Source of the DNA: the human T2T-CHM13v2.0 reference genome, Homo sapiens
Length of the DNA stretch: 64,000 nucleotides
Assembly (NCBI RefSeq): GCF_009914755.1
Contig: NC_060937.1
Direction: 5' to 3' (one strand)
A program made the translations under genes and the position numbers. The notes beneath the pieces were generated by a model. The model was not told the DNA's origin, made no database searches, and was given only the letters and a program-made list of their open reading frames with translations. Below, piece after piece: positions 29,530 to 48,273 of this stretch. How positions within the stretch are numbered: position 1 is the stretch's first letter; the number at the start of each line of letters is the position of its first letter.

Positions 29530-30760
29530 TATTTTCCTTAAAGGGGAGGGTTCCTTTTGTGGAGAAGATGGAGGAAAATGGCCCATCTTGGTTCAAATGC
29601 AAATTGAAACAAATATGATTTGGCTCCATATATCAGAGTAAACTGGAACAAAATGTAGCTGTCATACAGGCCCACTCAGGGACAGCCTTGAAAAATAGCA
29701 CAAATGGAAAATCTTCCCAATGGGCAGAACTTTTCAGCAGAACTTTTTTACCTGATCTCTCATTTTGTGTGGAAATTGAAGCTACCTAAGGTGAGAATTT
29801 ACACAAACTAATAGGGAGAAACCAAAGGCTTTGTCAGGGCCCTGGAAGATTAGAAGATTGGAGATGTAGGCTTGGGTAGAAGAGTCTGGATGGACCTATG
29901 GGAGGTAGAACGTAATGTGAAGATCACTGTACTTCATGCTAATGCCTACCAGATGGCAATTATTCTGAAAGAGGCACTGAATAACAAGTAGACACATTGA
30001 CTTGGCCCACTGTTATCAGACAGTCTCTGTCTCTGGGCGACCCAGTTGTGAATGGAAGCATCAAGGTGGCTCCCACTCATCGAGTTTGATCTGTCTACTG
30101 CTTCTACTAAACATCCAACCTGCCAGGAGGAGGGACAGGCACTGAGCCCTTATTACAGCATCATCCTTTGAATAAGTCAGTGGGCCACATGGTGGCAAAT
30201 CAACACAGTGGACTTCTTTTGACCAAGAGTTACTTTTGATTATAAACATTTCTATCATTTTTACATTTTGCTTTTCTCACCTACAAACCCTCAATAAGTG
30301 TCACTATTAAAGGGCTTATAGATTGATTCATAGCCAATGCATCACATATAATATCGAATCATGACAAGAACAGAAGCATAAATTGCCCCATGACCAAGGC
30401 ATTCACTGGTCCTATCCTAAACCACACCCATCAGAAGCTGCTGGCCTGTGGGAATGATGGAGCCATTGATGGCACAGCTGGGGTGCCACCTTGGAGATAA
30501 TTCCCTTTGAAGAGATTCACTTTCTGCCAGGAAACAGTACAATTCCCATATCTGCAATTATCATATGGAGTTGTACCCAGTAGATAGACTACATAGGTCT
30601 AGGAACTCAGGAGTCAAAATAGGGAATTCTTCATCTACCATCACTCCTAGTAAACTTCCTGGAGAATATGTTTCTTTTTCCCACAACTCTGTACTCTGAA
30701 GTGTTAGAGATCCTGATCTCTCAAAGGGAAGCACCTCAGCAATTCCCTTAAACTTTATCC
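29530..30760 (+). mobile_element. Ancient ERVL internal relic (ERV3-16A3/ERVL-E-like) with degraded pol RNase H and integrase
   Basis: GKSSQWAEL at 29706-29732; QGIHWSY and HPSEAAGL at ~30395-30447; many stops and frameshifts. Confidence 0.75.
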
Positions 30761-30789
30761 TGCACTCAGCTACTCTAAGCTGTCTTGTC

Positions 30790-31085
30790 TAAGATCAGGG
30801 TCCTTCCCAGGCAGCCCACGCCAATGACTGGTTGATATTTATAAAAGCCCATCCTCTAGCCCTAAAACGAGACAAATCTGAAGGTCCATGACAGCTTCAG
30901 ACTTTTGTCTGGGGCCAGCTGAAGCCTCTGCTGCATTTGTATTGCAACTCGAGTTTCTCTGTGTGCCCAAACTTGCTTTCTTTTCTTCCCCTCTCAGGTA
31001 TCAATGCTAAGCACATTCTCTAATAAACTTCCAGCATGCCTAATCTTGGTCTGTGTACTTCCTGGAAAATTCAGACCATAACTGC
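30790..31085 (+). mobile_element. LTR16-family LTR
   Basis: gcagcccacgccaatgactgg...ctctaataaacttccagcatgc...ttcctggaaaattcagacc. Confidence 0.7.
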
Positions 31086-31112
31086 TCATCACTACAGTCA
31101 ATTTCATCCCTC

Positions 31113-31412
31113 ACCTGGTGCGGTGGCTGACATGTGTAATCCCAGCACTTCGGGAGGCTGAGGCAGGAGGGTTGCTTGAGTCCAGGAGTTTGAAACCAGC
31201 CTGGGCAACAAAGTGAGGGCCCATCACTACAAAAAAGATTAAAATGAAATAAAAAATTAGCTGGGTGTGGTGGCACACTCCTGTAGTCCCAGTTACTTGG
31301 GAGGCTGAGGCAGGAAGATCATTTAAGCCTAAATGGTAGAGGCTACAGTCAGCCATGATAATACCACTGAACTCCAGCCTGGGAGAGGATGAGACCCTGT
31401 CTCAAAAAAAAA
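31113..31412 (+). mobile_element. AluJ
   Basis: gaggcaggagggttgcttgagtccaggagttt and gagaccctgtctcaaaa J-type features. Confidence 0.93.
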
Positions 31413-33002
31413 CTAACAAAACACTTCATCTTTCAAATACTTCCAGACACTTTCTGTTCCAGAAATTTTACAAGGTCTCTTGCCACTAGAAATTGCCTCC
31501 TTTTTTATTTCATGATGTGTTTATTTCCTTTTATGCTCTTTTATAATTTTATTTTAATAATTTTGGAAGAAGAGAGGCATGCATAATTCTTGACCCAGAT
31601 CTTTCAGTTTATAATATTAAGCTTAGTACATACATCATACTTTTAGAGTCTAAAATGCTCAATAACAATTTTATGTGAATTTAAATTTGTGATCAAAATT
31701 GTAGCCAAATAATATTGTCAAATCTTTGTAAGGATGCAATTCTGCAATATGAAATTACCAATGGCTTTTGCAAATGACAAGACTTTTGAGGATATATGAT
31801 AGCAATAACAGAAATGCTGTTGTTTATAATTGTGTTTGAAGTAACACAATTACATTATCATAAATGGACAATACAAGCAATGTATAACAAAAAGCTTTAT
31901 GGCACATTGTGTTTGAATTTTTCTGACAAAATATTTTTGAAACTAAAAATACTAAATTTGTGAATCTCCTCAATGTACTATACTGATACAAGGAAATAAT
32001 ATTTATACTTAATTTTGATAATTTTACAATATTTTATAAGTATTCTAGATACAGAATAGAAACTAAAATTCCCATATTTCTCTATACATATATATATCTT
32101 GAAATGTATTTCTACAAACTTGAAAATAAATAAAATTTGATTTACATATAGACAGGTCAGTAGCTCAGAAACTCTCTCCAGAATAGTAAATTACCCTGAA
32201 ACAATTCCTTTGGCATATATCTGTTTCCTAAGCAATGAGATCAGCTTCACTACACCATATCTTCTATGCTTTCAAAGACCCAGAACTCTTAAATTTTTAA
32301 TAAAGCTCCCCTGTAGGTTCAAAATGCAAGAGATAATGATGATGCTGAAACAATCAGCAATGTATGTGAGATGGAAATTTATTAACGCTCTCAAAAATGT
32401 TTTGTAAAGAACACTGGATCTACATATGATCATTTTAAAAACTATAATGATACATGCAATGTGAAAAATTTTGAAAATCGAAGAAAAATACACATTTACA
32501 AGAACCAAGCCTTTGAAAATGTATGCTTGGGAACAAAATGGTAATTGTTTTCTTTTGCAAGTAAAACATTTAAGGCAGGATCAGTAGTGAAGCTTTCTTA
32601 GGTATATATTTTTGTTTCCTGATCTCACAGGGTTCATTTGTACAGATGTGTTAATCTAATCTGTCTTTCTACACTGTGAGTAATTCACAAGAGTTATGCC
32701 TCTGTCTTGCTTATAGCAAAGGTTTCTTTTAAAATTTCTGTTAATCACACAATTTCTGAATTAGTAAATTCTCCCTGTACAAGTTAGAAGCTACACAATG
32801 ACTCCGACTACCCCCACTTCTTAATGTAATCTAGAGTTAGAACTGCTGCATAGCACATGTTCAATAAATTCATATGGCTTATGTAAGTCAAGATCTGTTT
32901 AAGTTTCTCTTGACCTGTAAAATAGTCAATGTAAAAGCATTTACTTTGCTGCTCATTTATTTTGACTGCATGTACTTTGCTGCTCAAATAAAATATGTGT
33001 GG

Positions 33003-35604
<2,602 letters not shown>

Positions 35605-36266
35605 TGTTGAATGAATATAAAATGATCAAGTAATAGTGCAGTGTTTGCAGATGTATGTTTTTGAGCTCCTCCAAATATATTCCCAGTTGAAAAACTGAAG
35701 TGTTCAAGACTATGCTTTACCCTATGTATATTATCTTATGTTCTGTCTGTAACAAAATATCAAAACTGTCATATTAAAACTAAGCCCTTTGCCTATTATT
35801 TATAACTTAATCATAAATGATAGGTTTGGAATATACAGGTAGATTGAGTGAACAGATGTATTCCAAACTCAGGCTCTGATTACAATGCCTAAAAATTTAT
35901 TACAGTATAATGATCATAAATATTATGCCTATTTTATCTAAAACAAGGTTTTAATTGGTAACAAATTTTATTTTACTGATAAATACATTATTTTATCAAT
36001 GAAATTAAATCTCAAGAATATTTGACTAATGTGTACTCCAATGCAAGTTTTCTTATTTAATATGAGTAATTTTTAAGTTACAAAATTACATGTGTAAGAA
36101 CAAGGAATGTTATAACCAAAAAGGAACCTCCAAAGATGTGTTACACCTGCTTTACTTTATTCTGAACACCAAAGTCTTGAAGCAAATATTTACGATTGAC
36201 CAAGCAACCCAGGAATGTATAAATATATATAACTCTTGTTATTTAACTTGATACTTAACAAAAATG

Positions 36267-36619
36267 CAGATGGTCCTTGACTTAATTTTTCAACTTCACA
36301 ATGGTTCAAAAACAGTATGCATTCTTCAAAAACTGTACTTCAAATACCCATACAACCACTCTGTTTTTCACTTTCAGTACATTATTCTATAAATTACATG
36401 AGATATTAACAGTTTATTATAAAATAGACTGTCTTAGATGATTTTGCTCAACCGTAGGCTAATATATTAATAAGTACTCTGAACACATTTAACATAGGCT
36501 AGGCTAAGCTATGATGTTCTATAGCTTAGGGGTATTAAGTGAATTTTTGATTTACAGTATTTTGATATTCTTGTGGGCTTATTGGGAAGTAGCCCAGTTG
36601 CAAGTAAAGAAGAATCTTT
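36267..36619 (+). mobile_element. MER47A-like TcMar-Tigger MITE
   Basis: cagatggtcc start; cccatacaaccactctgtttttcactttcagtaca; taggctaggctaagctatgatgttc. Confidence 0.85.
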
Positions 36620-36872
36620 AAAATAACATAAGGGCCTAATTTTATTCTTCTGCGTGTGGATATCTAGTTTTCCTAAAACCATTTTTTTGAAGAAACAGTC
36701 CTTTCCCATTGTGTGTTCTTGGCACCTTTGTCAAAAATCAACTGGGCATAAATGTGTGAATCTATTTCTGGGTTCCCCATTCTGTTCGACTGGTCTATGT
36801 GTCTGTTTTATCCCAGTACCATGCTTTTTAAAAATCAATTTATTAAAATATTTTTAATTTGCCCATTTCAAT

Positions 36873-38910
36873 TTCTTTTTTTTTTTTTTAAATTATACTT
36901 TAAGTTCTGGGATACATGTGCAGAACATGCAGGTTTGTTACATAGGTATACAAGTGCCATGGTAGTTTGCTGCACCCATCAACCCATCATCTACATTAGG
37001 TATTTCTCCTAATGCTATCCCTCACCTTGCCCCCAACCCCCAACAGGCCCAGTGTGTGATATTCTCCTCCCTGTGTACATGTGTTATCATTGTTCAACTC
37101 CCACTTATGAGTGAGAAAAATGTGGTGTTTGGTTTTCAGTTCCTGTGTTAGTTTGCTGAGAATGATGGTTTCCAGCTACATCCATGTCCCTGCAAAGGAC
37201 ATGAACTCATCCTTTTTTATGGCTGCATAGTATTCCATGGTATATATGTGCCACATTTTCTTTATCTAGTCTATCATTGATGGGCATTTGGGTTGGTTCC
37301 AAGTCTTTACTATTGTGAACAGTGCTGCAGTAAGCATAGATGTGCATGTGTCTTGATAGTAGAATGATTTATAATCCTTTGGGTATATACCTGGTAATGG
37401 GATTGCTGGGTCAAATGGTATTTCTAGTTCTAGATCATTGAGGAATCTCTACACTGTCTTCCACAAAGGTAGAACTAATTTACACTCCCACAAACAGTGT
37501 AAAAGCGTGCGTATTTCTCCACATCCTCTCCAGCATCTGTTGTTTCCTGACGTTTTAATGATCTCCATTTTAACTGGCATGAGATAGTTTCCAATTGTGG
37601 TTTTGATTTGCATTTCTCTAATGACCAGTGATGATGAGCTTTTTTTCATATGTTTGTGGCTGCATAAATGTCTTCTATTGAGAAGTGCTTGTTCATATAC
37701 TTTGCCCACTTTTTGATGGTTTTTTTTTTTTTTTTTGTAAATTTGTTTAAGTTCTTTTGTAGATTCTGGATATTAGCCCTTTGTCAGATGGATAGATTGC
37801 AAAAATTTTCTCCCATTCTGTAGGTTGCCTGGTCACTCTGATGATAGTTTCTTTTGCTGTGCACAAGCTCTTTAGTTTAATTAGATCCCATTTGTCATTT
37901 TTGGCTTTTGTTGCCATTGCTTTTGGTGTTTTAGTCATGAAGTCTTTGTCCATGCCTATGACCTGAATGGTATTGCCTAGGTTTTTGTCTAGGGTTTCTA
38001 TAGTTTTCGATCTTATGTTTAAATCTCTAATCCATCTTGAGTTAATTTTTGTATAAAGTGGAAGGAAGGGATCCAGTTTTAGTTTTCTGCATATGGTTAG
38101 CCAGTTTTCCGAACACCATTTATTAAATAGGGAATCCTTTCCCAATTACTTGTTTTTGTCAGGTTTGTCAGACATCAGATGGTTGTAGATGTATGGCATC
38201 ATTTCTGAGGCTTCTGTTCTGATTCATTGGTCTATATATCTGTTTTAGTACCAGTACCATGCTGTTTTGGTTACTGTAGCCTTGAAGTATAGTTTGAAAT
38301 CAGGTAGTGTGATTGATGCCTCCAGATTTGTTCTTTTTCTTAGGATTCTCTTGGCTATATAGGCTTTTTTTTGGTTCCATATGAAATTTAAAGTAGTTTT
38401 CTCTACCTCTGTGAAGAAAGTCAATGGTAGTTTGATGGGAATAGCATTGAATCTATAAATTACTTTGGGCAGTATGGCCATTTTCACGATATTGATTCTT
38501 CCTATCTATGTGCATGGAATGTTTTTCCATTTGTTTGTGTCCTCTCTTATTTTTTTTAGCAGTGGCTTGTAGTTCTTGAAGAGGTCCTTCACATCCCTTG
38601 TAAGTTCTTTGTAGCAATTGTGAATGGGAGTTCACTGATAATTTTGCTCTTTGCTTGTCTATTATTGATGTATAGGAATGCTTGTGATTTTTGCACATTG
38701 ATTTTGTATCCTGACACTTTGCTGAAGTTTCTTATCAGTTTAACGAGATTTTGGGCTGAGACAATGAGCTTTTTAAATATACAATCATGTTATCTGGAAA
38801 CAGACAATTTGGCTTCCTCTCTTCCTATGTGAATACCCTTTATTTCTTTCTCTTGCCTGATTGCCCTGGCCAGAACTTCCAATACTATGTTGAATAGGAG
38901 TGGTGAGAGA
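36873..38910 (-). mobile_element. L1PA7-like element, non-inverted 3' part (polyA, 3' UTR, ORF2 C-terminal portion)
   Basis: ttatactttaagttctgggatacatgtgcagaac 3' terminus; ORF2 peptides in minus ORFs 37747-38145 and 38245-38487. Confidence 0.95.
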
Positions 38911-40530
<1,620 letters not shown>

Positions 40531-41374
40531 GTACCATGCTTTTTTGATTGCTATATAGTTGTATGAGGTTTTGAGGTCAGGTAGTATGATGCCTTCAGCT
40601 CTGTTATTTTTGATTATCATTGCTTTGGCTATGCAAGATCTTTGGTGGCTCCATAAAAATTTTAGTATATTTTTTTCTGAGAAAAAAATGTCATTGAAAT
40701 TTTGGTAGGAAATGCACGGAATCTACAGATAGCATTGGGTAGTATGGACATTTTAACAATGTAAGTTCTCCCAATGTGTGAACATGGTGTATCTTTTTAC
40801 TTATTTGTGTCTTCTCCAATTTCTTTCATCAATATTTTGTAGTTTTCAGTGTACTGATCTTTCACCTCCTTGGTTAAATTTATTTCTAAGTGTTTTTTGG
40901 TGGCTATTATAAATAAAATTGATTTTAAATTTCAGATCAATAGGAGGAATAAGTTCATGAGATCTGTTGTGCAGCATGGTGACTATAGATAATAACAGTG
41001 TGTTATATACTTGAGAACCTCAAAGAGAATAAATTTTAAATGCTCTTATAGCCAAAAATCATAAGGGCATAAGGTGATAGATATGTAAACTAGCTCAATT
41101 TAGCCATTTCACAATGTACGCATATTTCAAAACATTATGGTGTACACCATAAGTATTTTATTTGTCAAATAATTAAAATGATTTTTAAAACTAAATGTTT
41201 AAATTCTAGTTTTAAAATTTGAAAAATTTGATTTTTTAAAAATATGGAAACCTACATGTTTTAAGGGAAAGTGTCTTTAGTAAGCCAGTGAAGTTGAGTA
41301 CAATGTGTCTTAAAGCATTTCATTCTTGAGCCATGTCTCTGGCAAGTTGCTCTCGCCAAACAACTAATAATAAC

Positions 41375-41585
41375 TGTACTAGCTTACTTAGGCTCCCATA
41401 ACAAACTTTCACAAATTGAGTGACTTAAACAATAGATAATTATTTTTTTCACTTCTGGAGGCTAGAAGCCTTAGATCCAGTTGTTGGCAGGTTTTATTTC
41501 ATCTAAAGCCTCTCCTTGTTTTGCAGATTGTGCCTTCTCACTGTGTCTTCACATGACCTTTTCTATGTGTATCCACATATCTGCA
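41375..41585 (-). mobile_element. MLT1-type LTR fragment
   Basis: tgtactagcttacttaggctcccataacaaa...tgacttaaacaatag...ttctggaggctagaag. Confidence 0.7.
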
Positions 41586-41789
41586 TCCTAAAAACTGTTC
41601 TTTACCCTCTTCACTGGAACCCACATTGCTCTTGTCTCACTCCTGTGGTCTGTCCTGGAATGATCACTTCTGTTTTCCCACATTCTCTAAATTGTTTGGA
41701 GAGACTTCATCTTTTTTGCTAGATGCAGGGATGGTGAGGTAGCCCATTCTTTCTCTAGATTGTGCAGTGTGGTTTTGCTACCTCCCTGC

Positions 41790-42106
41790 CTTCCTTCCTT
41801 TTTCTTTCCTTTTTTTTTTTTTTTTTTTTCTTTTGAGATGGAATCTTGCTTGGTTGCCCAGGCTGGAGTGAAATGGTGTGATCTCGGCTCACTGCAGCTG
41901 CCTCCCAGGTTCAAGCGATTCTCCTGTCTCAACCTCCCCAGTAGCTGGGATTACAGGCACTTGCCACCAAGCCCAGCTAATTTTTTTTATATTTTTAGAA
42001 GAGATGGTGTTTCACCATGTTCACCAGGCTGGTCTTGAGCTGCTGACCTCAAGTGATCCGCCTGCTTCAGCCTCCCAAAGTGCTGGGGTTACAGGTGTGA
42101 GCCACC
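41790..42106 (-). mobile_element. AluS (5'-clipped)
   Basis: Poly(T) tail and Alu body ending gtgagccacc. Confidence 0.93.
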
Positions 42107-42711
42107 ATTTTCTTCATCAGCATCAGTGTTTTCTGCAGACTGAATTGATGGGAGCAATTTTAAAGTTCATTCCTGTTTTAGCTTCATTTAAACTAGATCT
42201 GGAAACTGGAATCTGCTCTCCCATATAATTGGAGCAAAGCCATCTTCTACCACACCTGTAGCCTCAGTAACTACTTAGCACAGTGACTGTATGTTAGATG
42301 CAATGCGTGATTATGCAAGCCCACAGAGTTAGTATGTGAATAGAGTATAACGTGAAATTCCAACCTGAAAAATAAATCACTTGTTATAATTTCTAGAGCT
42401 AAATACTTAAATAATATTTTCTTCAAAGTGTTTTTCTTTTCTTTAACAAAGTAATCATATTTCTATGTGTCAGGAGGGTGTGAAGGCATTTCTTTTGAAA
42501 TGCTGTTATATCAAATTGAATTTCAGTTATCAAGGGGCTATCTAGCCACAAAGTTTATCATGCAAATTACTAGTGTTTACTACCTTAAAATATGGGACTA
42601 ATCTTGTGCCTAGTAATTCTAGGTTATAAAAGAAGGATAATAAAAGTAAATAAAAATGCATTTTTCAATGTTTGGTTTATATTATCATTTACAGTTGTTA
42701 ATCATTTTATA

Positions 42712-43092
42712 ATGTTAAAAGGCAAAATTACATCAATTCCAGTTTTGCAGATCTTACTGGCTTTAATTTGTGATTCTAGAATCGAGCAGCAGTCTGGACC
42801 AAAAATGATTCAGAATGCTCCACCCCACCACATGTGCAGGCTATATTTATAGCCAGAGAAAATAGAGCAATGTACAGAAAATGGAAGTGAGGTACAGAGA
42901 CAGCTTGATTGGTTAAACCTGGGCTTTTGCCTTAATTGAACCTGTTTTGAACAGTTGGCCTCCTGCTATGGACAGAAGCTCGACTTCTGTGATTGGCTGA
43001 GACAGCTATTTGTGACATAGGCAAACTTCTAAGTTAGGTTTTTGGTTTTAAGCTAGATTGCAATTCCTCAGGCCACATTTAATTTGATTTAA
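42712..43092 (-). mobile_element. ERV1 LTR (MER57/MER93-like)
   Basis: tgtacagaaaatggaagtgaggtacagagacagcttgattggtt and gtgattggctgagac motifs. Confidence 0.7.
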
Positions 43093-43251
43093 AAATAATG
43101 AAATGTAATGAAAAAATAGGTGACAATTTCATATATTTCAACAAATATTCTCTGTGATATGGGAATCTGTAAGTTATTCTATCATAAATTTAGTACAACA
43201 CTACCATTCTAAAATATTATTATGATGAGTTAGTAACCTGGATCTTCATAA

Positions 43252-43656
<405 letters not shown>

Positions 43657-43764
43657 TGATAGTCATCAGGAATAGTGGGGTTCCTTCTCATATGTTTTGG
43701 TGTCTCACCTCCTACAAAGTGAGTTCAGGGTTGTTGAAGTTCTCTGAAGAAAATAGCAAGTTAG

Positions 43765-44312
<548 letters not shown>

Positions 44313-45899
44313 CCCATATTTACCGTACCTTGTTGCTGATATGTAGCCATAAAAAACTAATACTTGACCATCAGTTAGAAGCCCATCACTGAGCCTGAGT
44401 TATTACCTAATTTTTTAAACATACCTGGCAAAACCTGAACTTACCGTGAACTGGAAAATATCTAATCTTTGCTATTCCTAAATTCTAAAAGTTTGTGAAA
44501 GATTAGAAATACTCATGAAAATAATGAGAATTCTCTTTTACAATGAAACGGTTTCTATTGTGTAATCTGATGTGCACCTTTTCCAAATGAGAAATTGAAA
44601 TCTCTGAGATGAAAAGTGACTTGCTGTGGTCATAATGTGCATAAAAAATAAATGCCAAGAGAGATTGAAAGGCATATTTAAAAGTAAAACTCTTTATATT
44701 AGTCACTACTTGTCAAAGTCACATTGAATTGTAGCTAGAATATTAAAAAGAAACAATTAGGAATGTTCAGCAGCTAATTGAAACAAAACAACATATAGAA
44801 TGAAATATTCAAATGCAGTCATAAAGGAGAATTTAAACTTTAAAAAGCAAATTAGTTTTAAATAGATGTGGGTCATGATCCTGCCAAAACAGAAAATAGT
44901 GATAAAATGTTTGCAGAGCAAGGCATATTACAAAGAATAAAGAATAAACATGTTAAAAACATTCTTTTTCACTTAAACTACATTTCAACTATTTTAAAAA
45001 GTAATTGTTCTGACTTATAAAATACTTTTGATTCCAATTCACTATAATTATAAAACAATTTTCTCATATGAACTACATCTTTCAAGTTATGAAATTATTT
45101 TAAACTTTCAAAAACACTCATGTACTTAGTTTCTGGACAAGTCATGAACTCAATTAGGAATTTGTAAAGATTTACTAAAGACCATTAAATAGGAGCTCTC
45201 TAGATCATTGCAAATAATCACCAGACTGCAGCTGTTTTTCAGCATATGTAATGAAATAAATACCCATGAAGTCTGGAGTTGAGTATTCTAGTTTGTAACA
45301 ACCAACACAATAGTCAATACAAAGCTATGTAAGGAAAAAATAATATCTGTCTGCCCTTTAAAGTTTCTCCCCTATAATACCTCACTCCCAAACTCTATAT
45401 TAAAGAGAGCGTAAAGGTAAATAAGCATAGATACACCTCTTTGGGTTCCTTCGAGTATCTCCTAACATTGCTTCTAAATTTATGTCTGGTGTGCTTCAGT
45501 TTGGCATATATCCTACCTTTGATTTGCACCTTAATTAATCCTGTATTTGAGGTTCACAGTGTCCTTTGCTTTCTTTAGCTTTAACTCTTGGTCAAAGACA
45601 ACACAAGATACTTTCTGCTGTTAAAATTTTAGTGTTCATCCTCAAAAATTTTTATATGCAGAAAATGCGGTTAGACCCTACATGCCATTTGTAACCATAT
45701 TTTAAAATTACTAATATGTTATGAATACTTTCTGTGCTAATAGGTTTATTACTACAAGTATTAGGAACTGTTCTATCAGCTTTACACATATACCCTAATA
45801 CAATTTTCACAGCAATACCCTTGCTTCCCACTTCACTGAGAAAATTGAAGCCCTTAGCAGAGAATGTCACCGACTCCACCAACAGAACAGCCCCATCCA

Positions 45900-47765
45900 C
45901 CAGCATATCTGTTTCTCATTCTCTTCTTCCCACCTGTTATCAGATATGATTTTAGCCAACTTCTGTGGAAACGCAGCACCTTGACAGGAGCACCAGGAGC
46001 CATCGTGTGTCACCCACTCAAAAATGCATCACTTTATCAATGCCCTTCTCTCTCTCTATCATATATCATATATATATATACACACACATACACACACATC
46101 TATATAATACGTATATCATGTATCTTATAAATATGCATATATTTACTCTCTACTGGATCATTCTCATTGGATGGGCTGTTATTTGACCCATCTCAAATGA
46201 GCTTTGAGCTTTATGCGGACCCCACTTTCCCTGCCTCCTCATTTCTTTGCTTCTCTTTGCAGAAAAACTCTTTAAAAGATTTCTAATCCTTATTCTTCTG
46301 ATTCATCTCTCAGTCTCTCCTACCTTATTCTAATTAGGCCAAGAAGCTGCTAACATTGCTCCCATCAAAATTGCCAGTGACCCCCTATTGCTCACCTAAT
46401 AGTCTATTTTCAATCCTTATCTCATTTGATACATAATAATTACAGAATTACACCCAGTTGATTCTCTCTTTCTCTCCCCTCTCTCTTCCTTTCCCCTTCT
46501 CTCTATTTTCTTAATTTATCTTGTAAGACACCACAATTTCCTGGTGGTGTTTTTTCTGTCTCAGTGGTTGTTCCTTCACAGTCTTCTTTGCTGGTTCCAT
46601 AATCTGCTAGCTCTTAATTTTATAATCTTTCAAAAGCCCTGTCCACGTTTTCCTGTCTGATATTTACTCTGTCTTTTGGGGGGATCATATCGATTTTTAG
46701 AGTTTTAAATACCATCCATATCTTGTCTTCCAAATTTTTCCCTCTAACTTTCCCCTAATGTCTGGATTAAATACAGGATTGCCTACTTCACATTTCCAAA
46801 TGCCTAGTGAACATCTCAAATTTAGCACATCTGAAACTGATACCTGCGACATACTCCTTCCCTCCACACCCACTCACCCCTTACTTTTTCGTTCCCCATT
46901 TCTATTGATGGCAAATACACATTTCCAGCTGCATAGGTCAAAAATCTTGGAATCATCTTTTACTCCTAGTTTTCTCTCTTATCTAAATTCAATATGTCAT
47001 CAAATCCTATTGTCATTACCTCCAAAACATATCTGGAATTAAAAACAGCCTATCACCATTGTTATGTGCCTGGTTCAAATTAAGTATCCGTTTGTCACTT
47101 GAATTGCTGCAATACTATAGTCTCCTTAAAAATATGCCTGCTTCTGCCCTTGTACTATACACTTTATTTCCATGCCAGTAGCTAAATAATTCTGTAAAAA
47201 CACACATTGGATAATATCTCTTAGAGCCAAAAACCTGCTGAATGTTTCAGTCACAGTAAAAAGCCACAATCCTCTTCAAGGCCTCCAATGCCCATCATTA
47301 TCTGACCCACTTACTACTCTGACCTTCTCTCCAAGGACTCTCTCTCCACCATGATGCTCCAGGCACATAGGCCACATTTCTTTATCTAGAGACTTCACAC
47401 ATGACCTATCACAGGACTTTTGCTCTGCTATTCCCTCTACCTAGAACACCTCTCCAAGTGTCTGCCTGACTAAATCTCTATTTCAATATCTGCTTATACT
47501 TCACCTTTTCTATGAGGTTTATCTTCACCAGTCTTCTTAATACTGCAAGCAAGTCCCTATCCCCACCTCAGCACTCATGATCCATGTATACTTAATGTCT
47601 AAAATAGTAAGTATTTTACTTGATTGCAATTATGCTTCTTCTCTTATGGCATCTCTTGAGAAATAAACTTGACACTTGGTCTATTTTGTGGTCTACTGTA
47701 TTAACTAATATAGCCCAAGTGCAACATAAGAAACACAAAATAAATATTTGATGAATGATTGAACA
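45900..47765 (+). mobile_element. L2a fragments (long, degraded)
   Basis: aaaaatcttggaatcatctttt, caaatcctattgtcattacctccaaaacatatc, 3' end aataaatatttgatgaatga. Confidence 0.75.
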
Positions 47766-47969
47766 TTAACAATGAGCATCTATCTCTCTATATTTTTTAA
47801 TTTGTGAACCATATGTTCTATTTTTTTGTATTTTTTTCATTCTCACTAATATGTATTGCTTTTAAAATGTTCTTGATTTTTAAGGGTATTCTTTTACATA
47901 TTAATTATGTTCTATAATTTATTTTGATATAAGAAATTGAGCAAGATATTTTATAATAGTTGATCACCT

Positions 47970-48273
47970 GTTTTTTGTTTTTGTTTTTGTTTTTGTTTTT
48001 TTTTGAGACAGAGTCTCGCTCTGTCACCCAGACTGGAGTGCAGTGGCGCAATCTCCGCTCACTGCAAGCTCCGCCTCCTGGGTTCACGCCATTCTCCTGC
48101 CTCAGCCTCCTGAGTAGCTGGGACTACCGGTGCCCGCCACCGCTCCCAGCTAATTTTTTGTATTTTTAGTAGAGACAGGGTTTCACCGTGGTCTTGATCT
48201 CCTGACCTCGTGATCCACCTGCCTCGGCCTCCCAAAGTGCTGGGATTACAGGTTTGAGCCACTGCGCCCGGCC
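47970..48273 (-). mobile_element. AluY with a 12-bp left-arm deletion (AluYd-lineage-like)
   Basis: Sense reading gagatcaagaccacggtgaaacc lacks ATCCTGGCTAAC; TSD tgatcacct/tgaccacct. Confidence 0.9.

Noticed and set aside
32317-32361. 45-nt exon-like segment VQNARDNDDAETISN
   Set aside because: Isolated, weak donor (AAT|GTATGT), no partner exons.
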